From an uncultured virus (IMG/VR IMGVR_UViG_3300009159_000059) (lineage: Duplodnaviria > Heunggongvirae > Uroviricota > Caudoviricetes), in the IMG/VR virus record IMGVR_UViG_3300009159_000059: DNA of 64,000 nt; one strand, written 5' to 3'. Positions within the stretch are counted from its first letter, which is position 1. Each line of letters starts with the position of its first letter. Made by a program: the position numbers and the translations under genes. Shown piece by piece: positions 29,260-38,695 of the stretch. The notes under the pieces are model-generated. The model ran no database searches and was not told where the DNA came from. It worked only from the letters and a program-made list of their open reading frames with translations.

Positions 29260-29500
29260 AGAAAAGTCTCTTTTACGAGCAAAACGCAAGATCGAAGCGG
29301 AGCGTCGATTTCAAGAAGGGCGCAAAGAACATATAAGAAAAACGATCAGGAATAGTATCGTCAATGAGATCACCAATAAATCATTTAGTAAAAGTAATTG
29401 GTCTGGAGATAAATCATCTAATAATGATGATGTATTATCAAAGCATAGGACGGTAGGTTTTAACAAGGAATTATTCAACGATGGAAAACGAGAACCGTGA
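29219..29500 (+). CDS. basic hypothetical protein
   Basis: GAGGG SD before ATG 29219; K/R-rich. Confidence 0.6.
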   Translation: MNNKKLQKIRQRAKEKSLLRAKRKIEAERRFQEGRKEHIRKTIRNSIVNEITNKSFSKSNWSGDKSSNNDDVLSKHRTVGFNKELFNDGKREP

Positions 29501-29999
29501 TTGGGTACTGGCAAATGTACCCCGCGAGCTTATTAATTCATCATTGTTTAAATTCAATGTGAAGCTACAAGTCATAGAAAGGCTAGATGACAGCAACAAG
29601 CCAGTCTATAAAGTGATCACTGTCGACATGTTGGCAAATGTCGACATCGATTATGAGACTCTCGAAGAGAATATCTGTGATATTCCAGCCCAATTCGCTT
29701 TCTGGTCTGCTGTGTATTCAGAAGTTAGATTGGGTGTGGCGATTGCTGAACGTAAACTCAAAGTAAGGAGGGCAGAAGCGACAAAAGCGGTTCTGGAAGA
29801 AGCCAGGACAAATAATGTAAAATTGACTGTTGATCAGATTAAAAGTATCGTTGAAGCCGATACATTATTAACCAAAGCTGAGATCTCGTATAGTGAAATA
29901 CAGATGAAAGCCGGTAAGCTGTATAACATGGTCGAAGCTATAAAAATGAAAGCCGAATTGGCAAGAACACTGGCTGGTTTTAAAAAATTAGAAAGATAA
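29481..29999 (+). CDS. UvsY-like recombination mediator (helical)
   Basis: Coiled helical pattern with KLTVDQIKSIVEAD; located directly before the SSB gene. Confidence 0.5.
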   Translation: MENENRDWVLANVPRELINSSLFKFNVKLQVIERLDDSNKPVYKVITVDMLANVDIDYETLEENICDIPAQFAFWSAVYSEVRLGVAIAERKLKVRRAEATKAVLEEARTNNVKLTVDQIKSIVEADTLLTKAEISYSEIQMKAGKLYNMVEAIKMKAELARTLAGFKKLER

Positions 30000-30007
30000 G
30001 GTGCAAT

Positions 30008-30961
30008 ATGGCATATGATATTGATGCAATGCGCAAAAAGTTAAATCAGATGACTGGTAAGCAAATGGATGCGGATGAATTCCGCCCCAAAAAGAACGAA
30101 AGCACGACAGAACCTATTAAGTATAGATTCTATGTCTTGCCACCACTTCTTGAGGGTGATGCGCTTAAGAGCGGTGTGGTGAAAAAACCAATGGATTTGT
30201 TTTATATTAAACACGGTTCCCATTGGATCAACAACCGACCTCACCCATGTCCAAGAGCAGCAGGATCGGCTGAAAAATGCCCAGTCTGCCAGTTCGGGTT
30301 TGATCAAATGCGTGATGAAAAAGACGAGGACAAGCGACGAAAAATCCGATCTGATTGGATGCCTTCTGAGAATTATCTTGTCAACGTTTACTTCACCAAC
30401 TGGAAAGGTAATCCAGAAGAACTAAGAGGCAAAGTAAAATTCTTCAATGCCACTTCTACCTGTTTTAAGCTATGGTCACAGGCATTAGAACGTGAAGATT
30501 GTGGCGATCCTGACGAACCAGAAGCATTTGGTGCTTTCTTCGACGAAAACAATGGTAGTCTATTCGAATTATCTGTCCTTAAACAAGGCAAGAATAATAG
30601 TTATGCTACTAGCGCTTTCAGAAAAGAAAAATCTGGGCCGATGGTTGTCGATGCCGATGGTAAGCCAAATCCAAAGGGGTTAGCAGCTCTTCTAAAGCTG
30701 AGAGTCAATCTTTGGGAAAAAGTCCAGATGCCTGACGCTGATGCTCTAAAATCACTCCTCAATAGTGTTATCAATGGTGATGAATATACCCCTCCTAGCA
30801 ACAACAAAGCAGATACCAGTTTTGATGTTGATGAGTTGGAAGGTAAGGCACCAGCGAAGCCAACACTAGCGAAGGGTGCAGGGGAAAAAATAAGTAAACC
30901 CAGCAGTGCGACTTCCGATACGGAAATCGATAATCTGCTTGGGCAGCTTAATGACGATTAA
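30008..30961 (+). CDS. T4 gp32-like single-stranded DNA-binding protein
   Basis: RFYVLPP, HW...CP...CPVC Zn site, YLVNVY, FFDENNG, KQGKNNSY, acidic tail EIDNLLGQLNDD. Confidence 0.8.
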   Translation: MAYDIDAMRKKLNQMTGKQMDADEFRPKKNESTTEPIKYRFYVLPPLLEGDALKSGVVKKPMDLFYIKHGSHWINNRPHPCPRAAGSAEKCPVCQFGFDQMRDEKDEDKRRKIRSDWMPSENYLVNVYFTNWKGNPEELRGKVKFFNATSTCFKLWSQALEREDCGDPDEPEAFGAFFDENNGSLFELSVLKQGKNNSYATSAFRKEKSGPMVVDADGKPNPKGLAALLKLRVNLWEKVQMPDADALKSLLNSVINGDEYTPPSNNKADTSFDVDELEGKAPAKPTLAKGAGEKISKPSSATSDTEIDNLLGQLNDD

Positions 30962-30972
30962 GAGGTCCGACA

Positions 30973-31248
30973 ATGGCTATCGGTGTACATTTTGTACGTT
31001 TGGGTTTATTCACAGTTGATATCAACGGCGCTAGGATCGACAAAAGCGGTCTTGGCGCCTCTATCAATACCATGAAATCTACTAGTATGGAATTTCTGGT
31101 TATCCCTGACGCAGCTGTTCCTAATTCGTCTGGTTATCCTACGATGAAGGAATTTATAAAGCTAGAAGCAGACGATAACTTCGTAGTAAGTCACATCGAC
31201 CAATCAATTATAATCACATATAATCAGTCACAAGTTAATTCCGCTTGA
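30973..31248 (+). CDS. hypothetical protein
   Basis: GAGG SD; 91 aa. Confidence 0.7.
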   Translation: MAIGVHFVRLGLFTVDINGARIDKSGLGASINTMKSTSMEFLVIPDAAVPNSSGYPTMKEFIKLEADDNFVVSHIDQSIIITYNQSQVNSA

Positions 31249-31355
31249 TGTAAGTAATTAAGAATTAATTCCGTATTATTTCATTGGTGACACCGATGGC
31301 GGAATTATTATATCATTTATTTAATCACGGACATCACCGAAAAGGCTAGTGCTAA

Positions 31356-32024
31356 ATGTCAGAAGAAGTGACCAAAAAACCAGATAGGTCGAGAATAGGT
31401 AAATCTAATGTTAGAAAGGGTAAGACATTAGAAAGAAGAGTAGCTCACCTTTTAACTGACTGGACAGGGGTCGAGTTCAGAAGGCGAAGAGTCGAAGGTC
31501 GAGACGCCACAGTGGTTGAGCGTGAATCGACTGCTGATGTTATACCTGTAAAAGGGATGGTACATTGCTCCATCGAGGCCAAATCTGGTCATGGCTTTAG
31601 TCTTGATGCACTGTTAAGTAGCCATGAAACTACAATTTTTACGAGTTGGTGGCACCAAGCAACATATGATTGCACGATTTTAGAAACAGTATTTAAACGC
31701 TTATTTTTTCCGATGCTTTTCTTTAAGCCGCACGCGAATTTTGATTGGGTCGCTGTTGACCAGCGATTATTCCTATATAACATCTTAAAGCCAAGTGTCA
31801 CCGCAGCTGCAAATTATGCAAAAGCAATCGAAGTCAATCAACCGATATGGTTTCCGAGTATTTCATATGGGTATTACCATATAGCGCCTAAAATATCCTT
31901 AAACGTTAGTCATTCTAAGAACAATAAAGTATTCGAATCTCTGCAGCTGCCATCTTTGTTTTTTTGCAGATGGAAAGACTTTGCTGCAAACATAGACCCC
32001 ACTTCATTTTTCGTGGAAACATAA
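31356..32024 (+). CDS. PD-(D/E)XK Holliday junction resolvase-like nuclease
   Basis: KGKTLERRVA...ADVI...IEAKS; WWHQA. Confidence 0.75.
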   Translation: MSEEVTKKPDRSRIGKSNVRKGKTLERRVAHLLTDWTGVEFRRRRVEGRDATVVERESTADVIPVKGMVHCSIEAKSGHGFSLDALLSSHETTIFTSWWHQATYDCTILETVFKRLFFPMLFFKPHANFDWVAVDQRLFLYNILKPSVTAAANYAKAIEVNQPIWFPSISYGYYHIAPKISLNVSHSKNNKVFESLQLPSLFFCRWKDFAANIDPTSFFVET

Positions 32025-32039
32025 TGTAGGAGATGCACT

Positions 32040-32189
32040 ATGGGCTGCTGCGGAAATAAAACCAGAGTTATACCGATTAATAATATTGAGAGAGTGTCTG
32101 CAGCTAAACATAAACCAGTTATTGATCGTATAAATGTTAGACAAACACCACCGAAATACCCAACTAAAATCGATAGGCATAGGGTGTAA
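32040..32189 (+). CDS. 49-aa basic protein MGCCGNKTRV... (below the ORF-track cutoff)
   Basis: AGGAG SD, ATG 32040, TAA 32187-32189; the next ATG follows 2 nt later. Confidence 0.7.
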   Translation: MGCCGNKTRVIPINNIERVSAAKHKPVIDRINVRQTPPKYPTKIDRHRV

Positions 32190-32191
32190 TT

Positions 32192-32458
32192 ATGGGATGT
32201 GGATGCGGATCTAGCGGTGTACAAAGGTCACAACCAGTGACTGAACAAGTTCGGCCACAAGCTGCCGAACAAGCCAGACCGCAGAAAGTCATACAAATCA
32301 GAAGTGCTTCTCGGCCAGAAATTGCGCCGATAGCATCAGCAGCAGCTCCAAACATTATAAAGTGCCCTAAATGCGATAGCCATACAATTCGTGTAAATAT
32401 TTCTGGACGTCAAAGAATACAATGTTCTAACAGCAACTGCAGGAAAATCCTATCGTGA
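32192..32458 (+). CDS. small protein with MGCGCG start and C-terminal zinc ribbon
   Basis: CPKC...CSNSNC. Confidence 0.75.
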   Translation: MGCGCGSSGVQRSQPVTEQVRPQAAEQARPQKVIQIRSASRPEIAPIASAAAPNIIKCPKCDSHTIRVNISGRQRIQCSNSNCRKILS

Positions 32459-32841
32459 TAGCAGATATAATTAGCTTAGCACTTATAAGTGTGGCTGCCG
32501 AAAGAATAACCGAGATATTAGTAGCCAGTAAATTAGTCCAGCCTTTTAGGGACATATTAAGAGATAAAAACATAAACAGTATGTCTAATTATGGTTTATG
32601 GTGGTTTTTAGACAGTGTATTTCAGTGTGGTTATTGTATGTCAGTCTGGGTAAGCATTTCATTGTCTTGGCTGACACCAGCTTTAATCAATGACAATTTT
32701 TATATAAATTATATATTAATGATATTTGTGGTTCATGGTTTTGCTAATTTTTATCATGTTTTTTTTGAATATGCTAGAAGAGGTCGAGCTAAATATTTTG
32801 AAGTTAATCTTGGGTACAAAAGGGTCAATGAAGATGGATGA
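32455..32841 (+). CDS. DUF1360-like membrane protein
   Basis: Hydrophobic helices, AERITEIL...FRD, CGYCMSVW. Confidence 0.7.
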   Translation: MIADIISLALISVAAERITEILVASKLVQPFRDILRDKNINSMSNYGLWWFLDSVFQCGYCMSVWVSISLSWLTPALINDNFYINYILMIFVVHGFANFYHVFFEYARRGRAKYFEVNLGYKRVNEDG

Positions 32842-33334
32842 AATAGAACAATTAAAGAGTAGAGAAGAAAATCGGCTATCGCCCGAAGTCCTCAGGCCAA
32901 CGGTGGTTAGAACTATCGATGATATTAAAATTATATTATCAGAAATAGACCCAACAAGAGCAACAGCTAGTAAAGAATTAGATATAGTAACGCTAATGGA
33001 CGTACCAAATGGTATGCCTAACCAACGCTACCAAGTAACAGCTAAAACAAGATCTAAGACTAAACGCGAATATCTCATAGAAGGCATGGAGATAGTTAAA
33101 AAGACTATCGAATTTTCTAAAGAAGAACCGATATCAACAATGGTTAACGGTATCGAAGTAAAGCCTGCAAGGATGCTTGATCGCACTACCATGAGAGCTT
33201 GGGTAGATAATTTGATCAGTCATTGGTTAGGGGCAGCAAGAGAAGGTCTTTTGATAACTTGGAAATTAGAAGACGGTTATCAATACAACTATGAGATTTA
33301 TGGCCACAAACTCACCAGAACCAAAATCGCGTGA
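32828..33334 (+). CDS. hypothetical protein
   Basis: ORF; probable ATG at 32828 or 32834. Confidence 0.7.
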   Translation: MKMDEIEQLKSREENRLSPEVLRPTVVRTIDDIKIILSEIDPTRATASKELDIVTLMDVPNGMPNQRYQVTAKTRSKTKREYLIEGMEIVKKTIEFSKEEPISTMVNGIEVKPARMLDRTTMRAWVDNLISHWLGAAREGLLITWKLEDGYQYNYEIYGHKLTRTKIA

Positions 33335-33641
33335 AGTGGTTTTACCACCACTCATACAGTATCGTGATCTTGCTAATTATGTCCCAGCTTACGGTGACTT
33401 CTTAGTATGGTCGGGCTGGCTTTCAACTTGGTGCGGTGTGGTCACTAATTATAATAAAGAAACTAAAGACTTGTCGATTATTTTTAATAGCGTACCTTTT
33501 GTCCTTTTTACTCTATCTCCTTCTGAACAGGAGAAAGAAACCAAAGTCATTAAACTAGAGGCTATAAAAAATGCGCCGAAAGGGAAGTACGCCGTCCAAC
33601 AAAGAGATTATTCCTCAAGTGCGGCCATCTGGTATATCTAA
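33291..33641 (+). CDS. hypothetical protein
   Basis: Overlapping ORF in the operon. Confidence 0.65.
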   Translation: MRFMATNSPEPKSREVVLPPLIQYRDLANYVPAYGDFLVWSGWLSTWCGVVTNYNKETKDLSIIFNSVPFVLFTLSPSEQEKETKVIKLEAIKNAPKGKYAVQQRDYSSSAAIWYI

Positions 33642-34248
33642 CCAGCCTAACGCTACAGCACCGATGCCAAAACCGCCAGCGGTTCTAAGGTATCCGGAAA
33701 TGCTTGGCGAAGACTACTTACCAGCCATTAAAGATACTTTGGCTTACGTTATAAAGCCATATGCTTTAGAAGGCTTATCGGTTATAATATCAAAAGACGA
33801 AAAATCTGACAATATTATGATATTATTTGCCGATTGGTTTGGAAATAAATTAGACTTATTAGAAAAAACGAATAAATTAGTGATAATGGCAGACGCATTC
33901 TTAGCTAACAATGTGCAAATTCTAATAAATTTCATGAAAATGATAAAAGTAAAACAAGCACAATACTTTTTCTCAGGTACAACTTATGAAGAAATGATAC
34001 TGGTCGATATGCAGACCTCTATAAATAAAATGTGCGGACCAGGGATGATTAGAGATTTATTCAGCAAGATAATGAAGACGCAAGAAGTTTTAAAAGTAGA
34101 ACCGATCGATGAGAGGGCTATAAGCGCTATAAACACCGGCAATGGTATCTATGAAGGAGATATCATTTTAAAACCTTCTAGATTTAGACAATACCATAAT
34201 CTAGAAAAGGGGCTTTATACTCCGTTATATGTGAAAATAACCAGATGA
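33571..34248 (+). CDS. hypothetical protein (start uncertain)
   Basis: ORF; C-terminal YEGDIILKP...YVKI. Confidence 0.65.
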   Translation: MRRKGSTPSNKEIIPQVRPSGISNQPNATAPMPKPPAVLRYPEMLGEDYLPAIKDTLAYVIKPYALEGLSVIISKDEKSDNIMILFADWFGNKLDLLEKTNKLVIMADAFLANNVQILINFMKMIKVKQAQYFFSGTTYEEMILVDMQTSINKMCGPGMIRDLFSKIMKTQEVLKVEPIDERAISAINTGNGIYEGDIILKPSRFRQYHNLEKGLYTPLYVKITR

Positions 34249-36209
34249 AACTATTTGTAAATAATCACCAAGATATCCAAAAATTAACAGATGCTCAGGG
34301 CAAAGTTGTTCAGGTACGACCAAATCAAAAAATCCTGTTGCCAGATTATTTTGATAAATACGTCACATCTGGGCATTTAGTTCACGCTAGAGCGCCTACA
34401 TCAGGAACTCGCAGCGCCGCTAGCCACACTAAAAACAGACAGTCAAACAGCCTATTAGAACGAAGAAACAAAAAAACCGAAACTAACATAATAAACCCCG
34501 AAAACAATCCATCGATACCAACGACTAAAAATAATCGCCAAAATATGCAAAGAGCCGAAATCCAAAGGCCGCAAGTACGCAGCCAAAGGCAGAATGCTGT
34601 CAGGCAAAAGAAAATACACACGTCGCCAAGGCAGGTCGATAGCCAAAATAAATTTAAAGGTAAATCTATACCCAATCCAAGGGAGCAACATATTTATGAT
34701 CAATCAGACAATCTGTCTGGAATTATAAACATCAGTAATGATATCGGAGTCGGAATACTATCATATAATAGACAGCAAAGCTTAAAAAGACTAGTTGATT
34801 CTATTATAAAAAACACTAATTTATCGAAGACCACTATCTTCATAAGCGATGATGGTAGCACAGAACCGGAAACAATAAGTTATCTAAGCAAATTAGCAGC
34901 GACGAACCGATTTTGTATCATCATGAATGATAAGAATTTAGGAATAGCCGGCAATAGCAATCGACTTTTGCAATGTCTCCAAAGATTTAAATACGGCATT
35001 ATTTTAAATGATGATGTTGAAATCACCAGTTCTGGCTGGGAATATTTCTATCCTGACGCCATGCAAATTACTCAATTTAAGCATTTCATATATAGAGAAA
35101 AAAACATATACGGCGCCACCATAGGCGACCCATATAATGTCAAAGGCATAAATCTTTTAAAAAGCGACAATCAACCACAGGGTGCTGTTCTTGCATATGA
35201 GACATCTGCAGTAGAGAAGATCGGATTCTTCAACGAGGCTTATGGGCAGTATGGCATGGAGCATGTTGATTGGTCGACTAAGTTTAATGATTTTAGTCTA
35301 CACGATGTTAATGGATTTTTTGATGTCTATGGTTCGAGTCGTTATTTCTTATTACATAATGAAAAATCATCTGTACCAGAAAGAAGCGAAAAATTGCAAT
35401 TCGCTAGAAATCTTTTCAGAAATCGAGAAATAAAGAAGTATAATCACTCTGAAGATTCTAAAACCGATTCTATTAGCGTTGTAATACCTTATAGGTCACA
35501 AGACCGATCAGCATCAGTTATTACCGTTATAGATAGTATAAAAGGACAATTATTCCCAACGATCAATATAATATTATCAGAGCACGATCATAAAGCCACC
35601 ATTGATACGACTGCTATTTTACCATCGATATGTCTCCATATTCACGCAGAATCTGAAGAACCATTTAATAAATCAAAAGCTTTCAATGGTGGTGTCGACA
35701 TAGCAAAAGATGATTATCTTATATTGCATGACGCTGACATGCTAGTACCAAATTATTATGTGTCAGAAGTCTATAAGACTTTATTATTTAACAGTAGTTG
35801 CCATCTAGGGAAAGATGTGAGTTACTATGATAATAATGACACAGACATAATCAATCGTGAAAAGCGTGTGTTCAAGCCGCAGAATTTTGAGCGTTACGTA
35901 TCATACTTTGAAGGTGGATCATTAGCATGTACCAAAAAATATTACAGCGAAATAGGTGGTTTTTATGAGGCCTATTCAGGATATGGCTGCGAAGATTGCG
36001 ACTTTTATGCTAGATTAATCGCTGGTGGAAATTTTAAAGATGATCGTCGCATATCGCTTTACCATTTAAACCATCCAAGAAGCGATAAATGGCAAAAATT
36101 TCACGACCAAAATGTAAAGCTAGAGACTACGCTTAAAACATTATCAAATATTGCAAGAATCGCTGATGCTAAAAATTTATTAATACGAAAAGGATATAAA
36201 ACAATATGA
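34245..36209 (+). CDS. two-domain glycosyltransferase (GT2 + GT2/GT7-like) with a disordered N-terminus
   Basis: GILSYNR...ISDDGS...ILNDDV...YGMEHVDW; second domain SVVIPYR...FNKSKAFNGG...LHDADM...GYGCEDCDF. Confidence 0.88.
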   Translation: MKLFVNNHQDIQKLTDAQGKVVQVRPNQKILLPDYFDKYVTSGHLVHARAPTSGTRSAASHTKNRQSNSLLERRNKKTETNIINPENNPSIPTTKNNRQNMQRAEIQRPQVRSQRQNAVRQKKIHTSPRQVDSQNKFKGKSIPNPREQHIYDQSDNLSGIINISNDIGVGILSYNRQQSLKRLVDSIIKNTNLSKTTIFISDDGSTEPETISYLSKLAATNRFCIIMNDKNLGIAGNSNRLLQCLQRFKYGIILNDDVEITSSGWEYFYPDAMQITQFKHFIYREKNIYGATIGDPYNVKGINLLKSDNQPQGAVLAYETSAVEKIGFFNEAYGQYGMEHVDWSTKFNDFSLHDVNGFFDVYGSSRYFLLHNEKSSVPERSEKLQFARNLFRNREIKKYNHSEDSKTDSISVVIPYRSQDRSASVITVIDSIKGQLFPTINIILSEHDHKATIDTTAILPSICLHIHAESEEPFNKSKAFNGGVDIAKDDYLILHDADMLVPNYYVSEVYKTLLFNSSCHLGKDVSYYDNNDTDIINREKRVFKPQNFERYVSYFEGGSLACTKKYYSEIGGFYEAYSGYGCEDCDFYARLIAGGNFKDDRRISLYHLNHPRSDKWQKFHDQNVKLETTLKTLSNIARIADAKNLLIRKGYKTI

Positions 36210-37159
36210 GAATTCTAATGGTACGCCGAGTTAGCGGGGCATTTGGGTATATCACAGATGGTATGGTCAATGCTTTGCGATCTAAGGGGCATGAAGTTAA
36301 GCGATTCGATGGCGAAATGAGCACTTGGAACGAGTTCGATCCTGATATCTATATTGGATGTTCAGGCCACAGAGAAAGTATTCCCATCGAAGGGCGAAGA
36401 GCTAAAGTTGCTATACATGTTAACCCTTATGGCCCTGTTTCGATACCTGGCGGAATTAATGAAAGCCAAGACAGCGTTGATTGGGTTAAAAAGCAAAAAC
36501 CAGATGTGGTCTTTGGTTATGGTTTCGATGAAGATGCTATACTTTGGAGCTATTGGCATCAAAGGGCTAACACACGTTGGATACCAATGCCCACCGCAGC
36601 AGATGCTACTATATTCTCAGATTTAGGCCAAGATAGAAGAAACCAAATCATTTACCTCGGTGGAAGATGGACATATAAAGCAAAGACTATCGATTCGTAC
36701 CTTCTACCAGTGTTAAATTCTTTTAGGGGAAAGTGGAAGTTATATGGCTGGGGCGAATGGCCAGAAGGAATGTCATCGGGTGAACTGCCGCAACATGAAG
36801 CAAATGAGTTTTATAACACCGGAAAAGTAGCTCCATGTATTTCAGAAATTCATACTCATACACATAATATAGATATACCAGAACGAGTTTTTAAAGCTTG
36901 CTTGGCTGGTTGCTTGCCGATCCACGACACCGTTCCGGTATTATCAAGAGTTATACCAGGCCTCCCAGTCGCAAAAGATCCAAATGACTTTCTTGCACTG
37001 CACGCGCATTATCTTGCTCCTATAACAGAAAAAGAACTTAAAGAAAAAAGCGCAAGATTAAGAGATTGTGTGGCTAAAAACCACACATACCACCAAAGAA
37101 TGCACAGACTATTGCACGGATTGGGTTTTCCAGCAGAGGCAAATGATATAATAATATAA
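36206..37159 (+). CDS. GT-B glycosyltransferase (CgeB/Glyco_trans_1_2-like)
   Basis: MRILMV, MPTAAD, IIYLGGRW, LYGWGEW, PERVFKA, HTYHQRM. Confidence 0.75.
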   Translation: MRILMVRRVSGAFGYITDGMVNALRSKGHEVKRFDGEMSTWNEFDPDIYIGCSGHRESIPIEGRRAKVAIHVNPYGPVSIPGGINESQDSVDWVKKQKPDVVFGYGFDEDAILWSYWHQRANTRWIPMPTAADATIFSDLGQDRRNQIIYLGGRWTYKAKTIDSYLLPVLNSFRGKWKLYGWGEWPEGMSSGELPQHEANEFYNTGKVAPCISEIHTHTHNIDIPERVFKACLAGCLPIHDTVPVLSRVIPGLPVAKDPNDFLALHAHYLAPITEKELKEKSARLRDCVAKNHTYHQRMHRLLHGLGFPAEANDIII

Positions 37160-37160
37160 T

Positions 37161-37805
37161 ATGGCGCTCTTAACTGATAAATTTTTGTTTTTACACATAC
37201 CAAAAACTGGTGGTTCATATATAAGAAAAGTCATCGATCTTATACATATAAAATGGGTTGAAAAAAGCCACCACCATAGCTGTTTCCCTGGATTGTTAGA
37301 TCATTTATCATCGAATGATCTCTTAGGAAAAACCGTTATCTGCTTTATCAGGCATCCATTAACTTGGTATCAATCACGCTGGGCTTTTAGATTGTCGCAC
37401 CAAAGTGGTTGGCAAGGTAATGGTCTTGACCTAGCATGTGGGTCTAATGATTTTAACATGTTCGTTAACAATTGTATAGATTATACCGGTAGCGATAAGG
37501 GTTGGGCATCGTATAAAATGACTAAATTTATCGATAATATACCAAGCGGATTAAAGACCTTTATCGGCAAGCAAGAGAATCTTCGTAATGATCTTATATC
37601 GGCTCTGATAGAATGCGGAGCGGTTATAGCTGAAACCGAACTGCCGCTATCGCCAAAATTTAACATGTCCTTGAATGATGGTAAACAGTCCCACATTATA
37701 GCCAAATACGACATAAAGACATATGAGCGTGTAATGCAGTTTGATGGCGAATTTATGAATAAATACTATAAAGATTATAACGTTGACCATAAAATCCTTT
37801 TTTGA
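37161..37805 (+). CDS. sulfotransferase family protein
   Basis: 5'-PSB FLHIPKTGGSYI; 3'-PB FIRHPLTWYQS; IGKQENLRNDL. Confidence 0.85.
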   Translation: MALLTDKFLFLHIPKTGGSYIRKVIDLIHIKWVEKSHHHSCFPGLLDHLSSNDLLGKTVICFIRHPLTWYQSRWAFRLSHQSGWQGNGLDLACGSNDFNMFVNNCIDYTGSDKGWASYKMTKFIDNIPSGLKTFIGKQENLRNDLISALIECGAVIAETELPLSPKFNMSLNDGKQSHIIAKYDIKTYERVMQFDGEFMNKYYKDYNVDHKILF

Positions 37806-37867
37806 GTCCGGTAGCACCTGAGCTCGGTCGATGGTATGTAACCATGGCTGGACGAATAGGAGCATCC

Positions 37868-38695
37868 GTGAATAAACCCATATACAGTATAATAACGTGT
37901 GTTTCTAATTTTGACATTTATAATGAATGCGTTGTAAATTCATTTTATAATAGCAAGATCAACAAAGAACACTATGAACTAATACCAATAGACAATAGAA
38001 TGTCGATATATACAGCACCACAAGCCCTTAATTATGGTCTAATTATTGCTAAATCTGACTTAATTATATGCTGCCATCAGGATATTTCATTCCTGCCAGG
38101 ATTCTTCGATGAGGTAGAAAAATCGGTAAAAAAAGCTGGAGGCGATTGGGGAATAATTGGTAGTTCAGGCCGATCAATAGAAATAGATGAAGTTAGTAAG
38201 AAACCAGATTGGGTAGGTGTGGTATACAATGGTCACCCAAATCAGCTTGGAGATGATTTTGACAATAAACTTATTAAATGCTGGGATGGTAAAAAAGAAA
38301 TGAAAGAAGTGCATTGTGTCGATGAATGCTTATTCATGATAAATAAGCGACACAATATCACATTTAATCCTGAGATAAATGGTTTTCATTTTTACGGAGC
38401 TGATTTAGCGCTCTCTATGAGATCAGCTGGGCACAAAGTATATGCCACATATCTTCCAAGCATTCACCATGGTGCTTATTCAGGCAGCCTTAAAGCGAAG
38501 GATGATTATTGGCCTTTGTTTAGAAAACTACTTAACATGTGGTCTACAATTTTTCCAGAATGCTATGGCACTCATTTCCACTGGACCACGTCCGAAGTAG
38601 GCATGGAAATAGCATCTTACATCTCAATAGAATCTGATACCGAGAGTTTTAGAGCTTCAACGACCAACATAAAAATAAGAGAAAATAGAAAATGA
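37868..38695 (+). CDS. GT2-like glycosyltransferase
   Basis: SIITCV, ALNYG, CCHQDI, VDEC, FHFYGAD; GTG 37868 has an AGGAG SD, so preferred over TTG 37802. Confidence 0.8.
   Translation: MNKPIYSIITCVSNFDIYNECVVNSFYNSKINKEHYELIPIDNRMSIYTAPQALNYGLIIAKSDLIICCHQDISFLPGFFDEVEKSVKKAGGDWGIIGSSGRSIEIDEVSKKPDWVGVVYNGHPNQLGDDFDNKLIKCWDGKKEMKEVHCVDECLFMINKRHNITFNPEINGFHFYGADLALSMRSAGHKVYATYLPSIHHGAYSGSLKAKDDYWPLFRKLLNMWSTIFPECYGTHFHWTTSEVGMEIASYISIESDTESFRASTTNIKIRENRK

Noticed and set aside
37806..37853. Hammerhead ribozyme
   Set aside because: The CUGANGA and GAAA core motifs are absent.
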